A DNA stretch of 64,000 nt from Eledone cirrhosa (GCA_964016885.1 OZ024763.1:11656001-11720000); one strand, 5' to 3'. Positions 29,375-43,695 are shown, counted from the first letter of the stretch. Notes: generated by a model from the letters alone, not told the origin. Program-made: numbers and translations.

Positions 29375-29376
<2 letters not shown>
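28984..29376 (-). pseudogene. Penelope-type GIY-YIG endonuclease C-terminal fragment with Cys-rich linker
   Basis: Open frame RPPCIDKKCIICKLSPHINCKTRNIVYSIRCTEEQCKDKNIVYIGETARSIGQRLNEH...RQITEAININELQPKLNRKHEW, cut off upstream by a TA tract. Confidence 0.85.
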
Positions 29377-29410
<34 letters not shown>

Positions 29411-30306
29411 TGGGGGTCAGTAGTCCCACTTCAGTACTGATTTCACCTATATATATTATCATCATCATTTAACGTCTGCATAGGTGAAATCAGTACTGAA
29501 GTGGAACTACTGACCCCCAGACATGGCAAGAGGTCTGCATCCTGTTTATGTATGGTCATACGGTATATTGAGGGCAGAGAGGTTGTCATGTCCCTTGACA
29601 CAAACTGAAGGGTCCTCCCAATCCTTGTTTGGCAAGCTTTCTATGACTGGATGCTCTTCCTAACATCAACCACTCTATAGTGAGTATTGGGTGCTTTTAT
29701 TGTGTAGATCACCAGCACTAGGGAGGGTGTCATGTCCTTGAGATAACTAAAGGATTCTTCCAACCCTTTGTTTGGCAAGCTTTCTATGACTGGATGTCTT
29801 TCCTATCACCAACCACTTTACAGCGTGTACTGGGTGTATTTATTGTGTAGATGACCAACACTAGAGAGGTTGTTACAGCTGGGTGCCCTTCCTGTTGCCA
29901 GCCACCCTTATAGAACATACTGGGTGAATTTTGAAGGTTCTATCACAAGAGAGGTCACAGGCCCAACTGTAGAGCCCTCTCTGTCTGGAGAGGGAGGTAG
30001 GTATGATGTTATAGGTGTATGTGGTGATTTGGAGGTGCAATAAGTAAGGGATAGGGGATGACTGATTAGTGTATGGGAGCTACTAGGGTGCAATGCTGAG
30101 GGTATCTAAGGGCTTTAGATGGGGATAGTTAATTAATGGTTCTGGAGGGGCATGGGTGGTGGGTACACACACACACACATATCAAAAGTCTAAAGTCTGT
30201 CTTAAGCTAGCAGGCTCATTTGGCCGGTGTTTATCCAGGTTTTATGGCGTGAAATGACTTAGAGTACAAGACTCCCCGCTGGACAGGACGTCAGCCCATC
30301 GCAGGG

Positions 30307-30353
<47 letters not shown>

Positions 30354-31278
30354 TGTATATATATATCTGTTTATCTTTTACATACATACACACACACACA
30401 TATATATGTTTACCTTTTACATACACACATATATATATATATATTAATATATATATATATATATAATATCTGTCTATTTATCTCTCTATATACATACATT
30501 AATCGTAGGGATACATACATCGATATGTCCATGTCAACTCGTCTATTTCTCTTCATATATATACAACATATATTTCAGCTGCTCCCTAACTTCATTCTAC
30601 TCGCACTCAAGACTCCCTCTCATTCTCTCACTCGAGCTCTAACCCCCTCCTTCACTCACTCTCCCATTCTATTACTTCCTCTTACCTACACTCTCCTTAT
30701 TTTAACTCTCCCGTTTTAAATCGCTCTCTGTCTTTCTCACACACTTTCTCTCTCATTTCCTATAGTTTTCAATCACCCCTCTCTTATTACTACCATTACT
30801 CTCTCTATCTAGATTTCTCTCTCACACACTCTATTATTTACTATATTTTTAAACTACCTCTCTCTTATTGCTATTACTCTCTTTAATTTCACAAACACTC
30901 TCTCTTATTTTCTATATTTTTAAATCTATAACTCTTTCTCTCTCTCTTATACAGCTACTACTCTCTCTATCTATATTCCCCCCTCTCTCCGTCTATACCT
31001 GTCTTTCTCTTTTCCTCTACTCATTTAATCTCTTGCACTCAAATCTTTTTTTCAATATTCGTCCATTTTTTCTTCTCTCTCTTTGACACTCTTTATTAAG
31101 TATCTAGACTTATATTTTCACTACTCCGTTTTCTTAACACATTTTATTGTATATACACGCATAAACACTATGTAGATAAGCATGTGTGTGTGTATATATA
31201 TACACACACACACACAGGGATATATATATATATTTATATATGATTCAAATTAAAAGATCTATGTATACCTTAAATTAG

Positions 31279-31309
<31 letters not shown>

Positions 31310-31772
31310 TTACACAAACACACACATATATAATGTATGTATATCGTACATGGCAACACTATGTCCGTTATTAAGCACTAATTCTATACATTATATATTT
31401 CTATCGCTATCTATTAAACTATCGGTCTTTCCAATTCGATCCACCTTACATAAAATATCCCCTCTAAATTATCTACACCAACTGTCCTCTTTCTCTCTAT
31501 ATATATACACACATATATATATATATATATATGTATATACACATATATGAGCTATGATTATTTCTATAACAGCTCTGTGTCTCTTTTTTATTTTCTTTCT
31601 ATCTATCTATCAATCAAGCCACTACCTTCCTCTCTCTCTATAACATCAATCTTTCTCCATTATCTCTCTCTATAACATCAACCTTTCTCCATTATCTCTC
31701 TCTATAAAACACTACGCTTACTACATCATGTCCCTCCCGCTTTCCTTTACATACACACATATATATGTATAT

Positions 31773-31810
<38 letters not shown>

Positions 31811-31846
31811 GTATACATACACACACACACATATATATATATACAC

Positions 31847-31893
<47 letters not shown>

Positions 31894-32959
31894 CATATAT
31901 AACATCTATACTACACTCTATTAATCAATTAAGTCTCCCTCTACTAAATACTCTCGTTCTCTCTACTGTACTATATATATATATACACACACACACAATC
32001 ATAGATGTGTATACAAATATGTATATAAATACATATATATGTATGATTGTGTATATATATATATTTATACACAGACATATACATATGTATATAAATATGT
32101 ATGATTGTATATATATATATATATATATACACACAAACATACATATGTATACAAATAAATATATATTTCTCTCGTCGTTCCTTTACACAACCGTGTGTAT
32201 ATATACGAAACTATGACTCTATCTATCGCCATCTAACACTAACAAACAACCTTTCTCTCTCTCTTTAATAAAATAAAATAAACCGTCTTTCTTCCAGTTC
32301 ATCTCTTCGTTATATTAAATAAATATTAAATAAATACACTCCCTCTCCTTCATTTTTCTCTCCCCCTCTCTCTTTATTTTACACCATCTTTTATTACTCC
32401 CTCTCTTTATCTCTCTATATATCGTCTGTTACTCTCTCTTTCATTATAGTTATACCGTCTCTCCCTCACCTCTCTTTATATTTATACCGTTTCTTATTTC
32501 CCTCTCTTTTTACATCTATGCTTTCTCTTGCTCCTCTTCCCATTTATATTATTTCTTACTCTCTTAGTCTTTCTCTCTCTTTGTAACTCTTACTACTCCT
32601 CCCTCTTTATTTCTATATACTCTACACCTCCCCTCATCATCCAATGTTTTTCTCGCTTTAATCTCTTAGTCTTTCTTTTCCTACTCCCCTCACATTATGT
32701 TTCTATACTTTCTCTGCCTGTTTCTCTCACTCCAGTTAGTTTTCAGCACGTTGAGTTAGTTCTCCCACTAGTTTTAGTTGGCGTGTAAAAGGAAAGAAAA
32801 GAGGCCCTCGTTAAAGAGGTCTCGAAACACACCATCACTCGCACAAAACACACCACAAATGACAGCAAATAGAACATAAGAAACGAAAGAGACAGAGATC
32901 TAAGTGAAAAAATGAAAGAAACAAACAGAATAAGAATTCAGTACGTAAAAGACGGGGGA

Positions 32960-33240
32960 GAAATTTTCAGGTGCTGCCCGCGGAAGAACATATGTTGAGC
33001 TTAATTGCGTTGTGCGGCCATCTTGCTACCACTCTCCGCCATTTGATCAGTCACTCGCTCGGTCAGGATCTGCTGCAATTAGATGAAATTTTACCCGGTT
33101 TCTTTACCTACATTTTTATCCACGGATAACCTTACCGGGATTTTACTTTCTAAAGGAGTACTTTTTATTGAAAACGGCCCGAGGAAATTCGTTCTAAATG
33201 TCGGGGATTTTGTTCGGTGTTGCATTAATCGGTTTGAGTG
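32960..33240 (+). promoter_or_regulatory. Probable promoter/TSS region of the AUTS2-like gene
   Basis: CpG-retaining unique island about 1 kb upstream of the ATG. Two YY1/Pho-type motifs, GCGGCCATCTTG (33014-33025) and CCGCCATTTG (33036-33045), plus Inr-like TCAGTC (33047-33052). Confidence 0.5.
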
Positions 33241-34053
33241 AGTAGTAAAAGAAGAGCGGGAGAGAGAGAGAGAGCGAGAGAGAAAGACAGACAAGAGTGA
33301 GTGAGTGAGTACGAAAGAAAGATAGAAAGGGTGTGAGTGAGTGAGTGTGTGAGAGTGTGAAAGAGAGTGAAAGAGAGAGAGATAGAAAAACAGCAGAAAA
33401 AATATAAATATATATTTAAGATTGTGTGTGAGTGTGATTGAAAGTGTGCAAAAGGAAAGAAAAAAGAAAAGCAGAAAGGAAAAAAAAATGTTCTGTAATT
33501 CTTCTCAGCCACTCTTTTTTATTATTATTTCTTCTTGAATTCCTGACACCAACCAACCATCTTCGGATTATTATTATTACCAATACAAGCACTACTACTA
33601 CTACTATTACTATTATTAATATTAATAGTAATAATAATATCATCATCGTCTCCGTTGTTGTTGTGTTGTTCGGTCGGCTTATTCCGGCCGCCTCCGCCAC
33701 TCACTCACACTCCACACTCTTACTCTTATCCGCTGTTGTCGCCTGCCCAACTATTACTATATATATATATATATATATATACATACACTACATACATACA
33801 CACACATATTTATATGTATATGTAAATAAATATTTATATATACATATATATACATATATATATATAGATAAGTTATCGTTTGTATATTTTCTTTAACAAA
33901 CAACACACACACACACAAACATATATATATATAAAAAAAAAAGAAATTTCATCATCGCCATCGCTGCCATCATCAGTTTTTTTTGTTTTTTTTTAATTAA
34001 AAAGATTTCAAAGATAAAAAAGAAGAATTTTATTAAAAAATTCTGAAATTTCA

Positions 34054-34710
34054 ATGGAATCGAAAGAGTCAAAGGCCCAGCAACGTACGCAGAGAAATAG
34101 GCGTCGTATGGTGAGAGGTCAACAGCAACTGCAGGAAAAACAACACCAGGCGGCTTCGGCCCCGATGGCCACCGCAGCGGCGGCAACGGCCGCGGCCACA
34201 GCGGCGGCGGCGGCGGCCGGAGCGGGAGGAGGCAGCGGCGGCGAGGACGACGACGACGGTGCGGCGGCGGCGGCGGACGACGAGTGCGTCGTGCCCCACC
34301 CGACCCAGTCCCACCACCCCCACCATCTTCCACCGGCGGCGGCACCGGCACCGCCGCCGCCGCCACCTCTACCGCCGCCTCCTCTACCGCCGTCGGCAGT
34401 GGCACCACCCCCTTCGGTGGTCGTGGCGGCGGCGGCGGCGGCGGCCCGAACCGCCAGCAAGGATAGCAATAATAGCCACAACAACAGTAATAGCAACAAT
34501 AATAATGCTAATAATAATAATAATAATGCCAATATAAATAATAATAATAATAATCATACAAATAATAATAATAGTAATAATAATAATAAGTCTAAACCAA
34601 AACCACCTCCGCCGTCCCAGCGCCGGAGGAGAAACAGTTCCAATTCTTTCGACGAGGATATTATCGATGGCTTTGCCATTATCAGCTTCAAAACACTTCA
34701 AGATATGGAG
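34054..34710 (+). CDS. AUTS2: First coding exon (219 codons) of an AUTS2/FBRSL1/tay-bridge family gene
   Basis: ATG at 34054. GC-rich ORF ending PPPPSQRRRRNSSNSFDEDIIDGFAIISFKTLQDME, which matches the AUTS2/FBRSL1 N-terminal motif (RRRxSxSxEEDIIDGFAxxSFxTxExLE) as recalled. It is followed by a phase-0 donor GAG|GTAAGG at 34710/34711. ORF read-through to 34821 is intronic 12-bp repeat. Confidence 0.85.
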
Positions 34711-34936
34711 GTAAGGCGCCTTTTCTTATTCATTCCGTTTCTGTATATATGTAATGATATATGTAATGATATATGTAATGATATATGTAATGATATATGT
34801 AATGATTTATGTAATATATAAGATCAAAAGATCTTTTGATCTTATATATTATGTATACTCCAGTCCGACAAACTGTAGAGTGCTTCTTATCCGATATCTG
34901 CATTGCTTTATTGTACGACAATAAAACTCACCTCCT

Positions 34937-34989
<53 letters not shown>

Positions 34990-35304
34990 AATCCTTATTG
35001 ACCAACATATGAACTTCTGACTTTATCATATAGCATGTATTCATTTTCTACTAGCATTTTAAGGGGTCCGTCGAGCTGCGGTTTACAGAGTCGGGTAAGA
35101 TCGATACAGATCGAACCTTGAGCTGATCGGTGACGAAAGGCGCGTCACCAACCAATAAATATGTAAAGAAGGAGTAGCCAGTCGTCCTTGTTATCTTTTC
35201 ACTATATATACACTCTGTCTAGCTCTACACCTCGACACAGAAGTGAACCTAAACATCGAGTGCTCACCCAGGTGACCTTACAGTAACTCCAAGTTACACT
35301 CCCT

Positions 35305-35347
<43 letters not shown>

Positions 35348-35759
35348 ACATGGGACTAAAACTGTTTCATTCATCATACGAATGAAACAGTTCTAGTCAT
35401 GTAGAAGTCTATATATATATATATATATATTAGCCTCTGTATATATGTGTATTGATTTTGTTTCAGAGTTTAGTTATGTTATATATTTATTGTGCCCTCA
35501 TTCAGGGATATACACGTGTATATACATATATGAATGTATATATGTGTGTGTGTGTTTATACATAAAGATCTACTTATCCAGTTTTGAATCTATATGTCTG
35601 CTGACTATCAACATGTTTATCTAGGTCTGTTTATGCTTGTGTGTTTATATATATATATGTGTGTGTAAACACAAGCATATATATATATATTATATATATA
35701 CATACTGTATGTATAACAGTACATTTATATATGTAATTGTCTTAATTATCTAACTAACC

Positions 35760-37700
35760 AAATACAGAGCTCGCTAGCTAAATAGACAAGCTAGCTGAGT
35801 ACCTAGCTAATCAGACACAGCTATTTAACTAAATAGACAGCTAGATAGCTAAACAGACAACCTGTGTATACTCAGCTAGTTAGAGAGCTACACAGCTAAA
35901 CAGACAAGCTGTGTATACTCAGCTAGTTATCTAAACAGACAAGCTGTGTATACTCAGCTAGTTATCTAAACAGACAAACTGTGTATACTCAGCTAGATGT
36001 CTAAACAGACAAACTGTGTATACTCAGCTAGTTATCTAAACAGAAAAACTGTGTATACTCAGCTAGATGTCTAAACAGACAAACTGTGTATACTCAGCTA
36101 GATGTCTAAACAGACAAGCTGTGTATACTCAGCTAGATGTATACTCAGCTAGATGTCTAAACAGACAAGCTGTGTATACTCAGCTAGTTATCTAAACAGA
36201 CAAGCTGTGTATACTCAGCTAGTTATCTAAACAGACAAGCTGTGTATACTCAGCTAGATGTCTAAACAGACAAACTGTGTATACTCAGCTAGTTATCTAA
36301 ACAGACAAACTGTGTATACTCAGCTAGATGTCTAAACAGACAAACTGTGTATACTCAGCTAGATGTCTAAACAGACAAGCTGTGTATACTCAGCTAGATG
36401 TCTAAACAGACAAGCTGTGTATACTCAGCTAGTTAGAGAGCTAGCTATCTAAATAGACAAACTATGAGTACTCAGTTAATGCAATAGAGAGCTAGGTAGC
36501 TAAATAGACTATGTGCGAGTACTCAGTGAAATAGAGAGTTAGGTAGCTAAACAGACAAGCTGTGTGAGTACTCAGCTAGTCAGACAGCAAGTTAGCTAAA
36601 TAGGCAAGCTGTATGTGTACTTGGCTATTCAGAGCTAGGGAGCTAAATAGACAATCTGTGTTAGTACCCAGCTTGTCAGATAGAGCTGAGTAGCTAAATA
36701 GACAAGCTGTGTTAGTACTCAGTTAGTTATAGTTAGGCAGCTAAATAGATAGCTGTATGAGTACCCAGTTAGATAGCTAAATAGACAAGCTGTGTTAGTA
36801 CTCAGTCAAACAGACAAGCTGTATGAGTACCCAGTTAGTCAGAAAGAGAGCTGGGTAGCCAAGTAGATAAAGTTATATGAGTACTCAGCCAGTCAATTAG
36901 AGAACTAGCTAGCTAAATAGGCAGACAAGCTACATGAGTACTTTGCTAACTGGCTAAACAGGCCCACAGCTAATTAGTTAAATAGACATGTTATATGAGT
37001 ACCCAGCTAGCTAAATAGACAAGTTGTATGAGTACCCAGCTAATCAGACAGCTAGTTAGCTAAGTACATAGACAAGCTTCGTGAGTATTTTGCTAGCTAG
37101 CTATCTAGACACAGCTAGTTAGCTAAGTAAACAATATGAGCAGCCAGCCAGTCAGTCAGATACAGAGGTAATTAGCTCTATGAGTACTTAGCTAACCAGA
37201 CACATAGCTAATTAGATAGACAAGCAATATAAGTGGCCATCTAGCCAGGTACAAAGCTAGTTGGCTAAATAGATAGACAAGCCTTGTGAGTACCCAGCTA
37301 ATTAGACAGATGGCTAGTTAGCTAGATACATAGACAAACTGTGAGTACCCAGCTAATTAGATTGATAGCTAGGTACATATACAAGCCGTGTGAGTACTCA
37401 GCTAATTAGATTGATAGCTAGGTACATATATACAAGCCGTGTGAGTACTCAGCTAATTAGACAGCTAGTGTGAGTACCCAGCTAGCAAGAGAGCTAGCTA
37501 GTTAGCTCAATAGATAGACAGGCTGTATGTAGCCAGAGACAGGACTTGTTAGCTCAATAGATAGGCACGCTTATATGAGTACCTTGCTAGCTGGCTAACT
37601 AGATACATAGCTAGCTAAATAGCTAAATTAAACTCTGAGTACCTTGCTAGTTGGCTATAGCTAACTGGTTAGCCAAAAGTTCTGTGCTAGCCAAGTCATA
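35760..37700. repeat. 35-bp satellite with homogeneous core and decayed flanks
   Basis: Unit CTAAACAGACAARCTGTGTATACTCAGCTAG(ATGT/TTAT), near-perfect at 35900-36430. Confidence 0.9.
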
Positions 37701-38384
37701 AAATTATTTCATCTATCAATTGCTATCTAGCTAAACAACATAGTGTGATGTAGAGCTAGTTACTATTTGGCTATCTAGCTAGGTAAATACTTCATCTAGC
37801 GACCTTACTAGTTGGACGGCTATCTAGCTAGTGTCTTGTCAAACAATTTATCTGGGGGTAGCTGGCTAGCCTACCAATCTATCTGGGGGTAGCTAGCTAG
37901 CCTACCAATCTATCTGGGGGTAGCTGGCCAACCTACCAATTTATCCCAGGGGTAGATGGTTTGTCTATCTATTTATCTGGGGATAGCTGACTAACCTACC
38001 AATTTAGCTCACTAGCCTATCAATATATCTGGGGGTAACTGACTAACCTACAATTTATCTGGTGGTTGCTGACTAGCCAATCAATATATCTGGAAGAAGC
38101 TAACTAGCAATTTATCCGGGTAGCTAGCTAGCGTGCTATCTAACTAGACAAGAGATCTATCAATCTATAGATATTTTTCAAACCAGATATTTCACCTCGC
38201 TCTTATCAGCCACTTAGTTAGACTTTTATATTGCTAACTAGCTATCTGACTATTTATGTCCACATCTAGCTATCTCATCTTATCTTACCTATCTATAGGC
38301 AACTAGCCTGTTAAAATGTTAGCTAGGTAACTATCTGACTAGGAACCTACATAGCTACAGATGTATTCGTCCATCTTGGGTGCT

Positions 38385-38422
<38 letters not shown>

Positions 38423-38659
38423 TTTCTGACTATATATATATGTATATATATCTTTACATCTTCCTGTTCATATGTTTGTCTCTTGTTTTCTTTCTCTCTT
38501 TATCTATGCACACATGTATATATATAGTGCGTGTGTACATTTAATGTATGTGAGTGAGAGAGAGAGACTATATATAAATCTCTCTATGTGTAAAGCGACA
38601 GAAACACAAAGGCAAACTACTAGATGTATATATCCATATATATACCCGGTGATGGAGAT

Positions 38660-38694
<35 letters not shown>

Positions 38695-38778
38695 GGCTGC
38701 GAATGTATGAACATAATGTTGCATTAGTTGACCGACCTATGTGTACATCAGAAGTAGTATACATATATTAATACGCGC

Positions 38779-38815
<37 letters not shown>

Positions 38816-39391
38816 CATATATATACACACACACACACATATGTAATAGAATGCAAATACTTTCATATATATTCACAAAAGCCACAAGATGTACGCATGT
38901 GTGTATATATGCAACCAACTGTCTATATATACCGTTATCGTTGTATGTCGCCATATATATATATATATACACATACACACACACACACGATTACCATAAT
39001 GGACGTGTGTATAAAGTAGTCCACCTTTATAGCTCCAGATATAGGCTGTATATAGAGTGAATATATTGTGTATATATGTGTGTGTTTAAGACTAATTTTC
39101 ATACAAATTCTGTTTCGTTCTGTGTTGCTTTTGTAAGTATGTATATACCTGTATATATGTTCATTTATGAGTATATGTATGCATATATATACATATGAGT
39201 CCAAGTATATATATACGTAAATATGTATGTATGTGTGTGTGTGTGTATATATATATATATACACATATATATATACACATATATACATGATGTATATATA
39301 TATGTATATATACTTAGAGGACTCGTATAAGTACGTTTACCGTTATTTATGGGTATAGATGAGTAAAAATTTGTGCATATAAATATAGACT

Positions 39392-39437
<46 letters not shown>

Positions 39438-39861
39438 TAAACACACACACATCTGTCTATATATATTTATTGTGTTTGTGAGTACCTGTGTACATTTCCA
39501 TATATATATATACATTTCCACATTTCCATATATATATATATATATACACACATGTTATACATACACACTAATTCAGTAGGTTGGTTTTCTGTGTTCAAGA
39601 TACAAAGAACATATATAGGACGTATATGTGTGTGTATATATATGCAGGTATATATATACATATATATACACACATACACATTCAGATATTATACGTCCTG
39701 TGTGAAGAATGTAAATGGCTACCATTGAACTGGTTAGGGCTCGCCTACACCAGCCCACACCATGGTTATATTACAACTATACAGAGTGCTGTATATACAC
39801 TACTGATATATACATACATGTATGTATATATGTATAGTTGACACAAAAAGACAAAGGAGCA

Positions 39862-39902
<41 letters not shown>

Positions 39903-40088
39903 GAGAGAGAGAGCATCGAGTTACTGCTTCAATTGATGTATGTATACAGAAGCAAACACCGTACACATACACATATGTATATATACATCAATGGAAGCAG
40001 TGTGTATATATGTTTGCTTCTGTATATATACATCAATTGAAGCAGTACGTGTATATGTGCCACAGCTTATATTACGATTAATATTAGC

Positions 40089-40155
<67 letters not shown>

Positions 40156-40325
40156 TCACTCACTCATACATACATAATGTGTATGTATGCATCTGTATGC
40201 ATATATCAAGTGAAGTAGTAACTCAATGTTGAATTAGTATAGTATATGTATATGTATATATATATATATATGTGTGTGTGTGTACATATCGATGTATGTG
40301 TGTATATATATATATATATATGTGC

Positions 40326-40368
<43 letters not shown>

Positions 40369-40771
40369 TATGTGTATAAATATCTGAACGAATGTATTAT
40401 GTGTATATATATTTATGTGTGTGTGTGTATGTATATTTATATAAACTGTCTGGTGTATATATACATCCCGCATAAACAGATAGGCTTTTGTTAGCTTTGT
40501 CATCTAGAATTGGTTACACCAATCATTGAGTGTATATATTTATAAATGTGTATGTATATATGAATGGATGTGTATGTATATATGAATGGATGTGTATGTG
40601 AAGATGTATATGTGTACGCACATTTTTATATCTAAATATGTATATGTATGTATATATATGTATATAAATGGTATATGTATTTATGTATGTATCGTATATA
40701 AATGGTGTGTGTGTGTATATATATGTATGTGTGTACATGTAAATATATAAACATATGCATGTTAGTGTATA

Positions 40772-40816
<45 letters not shown>

Positions 40817-40825
40817 CCCTCCCTA

Positions 40826-40866
<41 letters not shown>

Positions 40867-40978
40867 GTATGTACATGTAAATATATGTAAATCTATGTAT
40901 GTGTATATATATATATAAACATATGCATGTTAGTGTATATGTGCATATATATATATATATATGACCCTCCCCAAATAT

Positions 40979-41022
<44 letters not shown>

Positions 41023-41194
41023 ATATATATATACATACTCACACATACATTATGTATGTCTATATGTTGTTAGCTGTGTTTATATATAGAAGTATATAGA
41101 CATTAATCTATATACACTCATGCCTACAGACCTCGTCTCCATATATAATAGCTAGTTCGTGCTGTATAACAGAATATTTCATTCTCATTCTATC

Positions 41195-42443
41195 TTTCAC
41201 ATCTCTCTCTCTAATATACCTCTATATGTCTATCACATCTCTCTTATATACCTCTATATATATATCACATCTCTCTAATATACCTCTATATATATATCAC
41301 ATCTCTCTAATATACCTCTATATATCTATCACATCTCTCTTATATACCTCTATATATATATCACATCTCTCTTATATACCTCTATATATCTATCACATCT
41401 CTCTAATATACCTCTATATATCTATCACATCTCTCTTATATACCTCTATATATATATCACATATATCTCTCTAATATACCTCTCTCTCTCTATATATATA
41501 TATCTCTAATATACCTCTCTCTCTCTCTATATATATATCTCTAATATACCTCTCTCTCTATATATATCTCTCTCTCTCTATATATATATCTCTCTAATAT
41601 ACCTCTCTCTCTATATATATATATCTCTCTAATATACCTATATATATATATATATATCTAATATACCTCTATATATATATATATCTAATATACCTCTATA
41701 TATATATATCTCTCTCTAATATACCTCTATATATATATATCTCTCTCTAATATACCTCTATATATATATATCTCTCTCTAATATACCTCTATATATATAT
41801 ATATATCTCTCTAATATACCTCTATCTATATATATCACATATCTCTCTCTAATATACCTCTCTCTCTCTCTCTATATATATATCTAATATACCTCTCTCT
41901 CTCTCTCTATATATATATATCTAATATACCTCTCTCTCTCTATATATATATATATCTAATATACCTCTATATATCTCTGTATATATATATCTCTCTAATA
42001 TACCTCTATATATATATATAATATACCTCTATATATATATATATATATATATATCTAATATACCTCTATATATCTTTCTTTCACATCTCTCTCTCTAATA
42101 TACCTCTATATATATATATATATCTCTCTCTCTCTAATATACCTCTCTCTCTCTATATATATATATCTAATATACCTCTATATATCTTTCTCTCTCTCTC
42201 TCTCTCTACATATATATATCTAATATACCTCTATATATATCTCTCACTCTCTAATATACCTCTATATATCTTTCACATCTCTCTCTCTAATATACCTCTA
42301 TATATCTATCTATCACATCTCTCTCTCTCTAATATACCTCTATATATCTATCACATCTCTCTCTCTCTCTAATATACCTCTATATATCTATCACATCTCT
42401 CTCTCTCTCTCTCTATCACATCTCTCTCTCTCTCTCTATCACA

Positions 42444-42474
<31 letters not shown>

Positions 42475-42635
42475 CATCTCTCTCTCTCTCTATCACATCT
42501 CTCTCTCTCTCTCTCTCTCTATCACATCTCTCTCTCTCTCTCTCTCTCTATCACATCTCTCTCTCTCTCTATCACATCTCTCTCTCTCTCTCTCTATCAC
42601 ATCTCTCTCTCTCTATCACATCTCTCTCTATCACA

Positions 42636-42666
<31 letters not shown>

Positions 42667-42940
42667 CTAATATACCTCTATATATCTTTCTCTCTCTCTC
42701 TCTCTCTCATATACCTCTCTACATATATATATCTAATATACCTCTATATATATATCTCACTCTCTAATATACCTCTATATATCTATCACATCTCTCTCTC
42801 TCTCTCTAATATACCTCTATATATATCTTTCTTTCACATCTCTCTCTAATATACCTCTATATCTCTCTCTCTATATCTCTTTCACATCTCTATCTCTAAT
42901 ATACCTCTATATATCTTTCTTTCACATATCGCTCTCTATA
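41195..42940. repeat. Compound (CT)n/(TA)n minisatellite with CTAATATACCTCT and TATCACATCT anchors
   Basis: Seen directly. Confidence 0.9.
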
Positions 42941-43205
42941 TATATACACACACACATACGCACACATCTAGGTGCCTAGTGAAATTTTTGTTCAACTCGG
43001 CTTTCTCTTTCTACACATTGAATATGTTATATATAATATATATATGTATGCACACTAACATGTGTGTAATGAGTGTATATAGAATATATAAACACCCAAC
43101 AGTATGTCTGTTTCTTTTCCTAGCGTCCTATATCTTCCCTCTCACCCCTCCCCTTATGTTTTGTTTCTCACTATGAAAATACAAAGCACTTCCCGTCTAC
43201 ATTGC

Positions 43206-43236
<31 letters not shown>

Positions 43237-43695
43237 CTATGTATGCATATATATACTTCTATATGGATTTATAAATATACACGCATTTGAGTGTGTATAT
43301 TTATATACATATATATTTATATATAAATAGGTGTGAGTCCCAGGTTCAATCGGGGGGGGTAACCACAGTAAGGTACTCAATACATAGCAGAGTATGTATA
43401 TATATATAATATAGAAATGGCTTCTACAGGACTAGAACTGTTTCATTCCTTTGAATGAAACAGTTCTAGTCCTGTAGAAGCCATTTCTATATTAAATATT
43501 ATATATATGTATGTGTGTGTTACCTTGTTCCAGCCGACTGGTCGAGGCCATTGTTGCTACACATTCTATAGCCAACCTTCTTTGGTTGGCCCATTGATGT
43601 AAAATGGATGAATGTATATAAACATGTAGCTATGCACTTCTACATAGGTATGTATATACAGCCAACTGGGGCACACACACATATAAATATATATG

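Larger units (their letters stand above)
27959..29376 (-). mobile_element. 5'-truncated Penelope-like retroelement: GIY-YIG domain plus three alternating-orientation copies of an HHR-containing pLTR
   Basis: GIY-YIG ORF on the minus strand, HHR about 185 nt downstream in the same sense, inverted terminal duplications, (TA)n at both ends. Confidence 0.85.

Noticed and set aside
33893-34701. Antisense and alternative-frame ORFs over the GC-rich exon
   Set aside because: Shadows of GCG/CCG codon runs; only the 34054 frame has a conserved motif and a splice donor
34711-34821. C-terminal ICND repeats of the 255-aa ORF
   Set aside because: Downstream of the GT donor; a 12-bp intronic repeat
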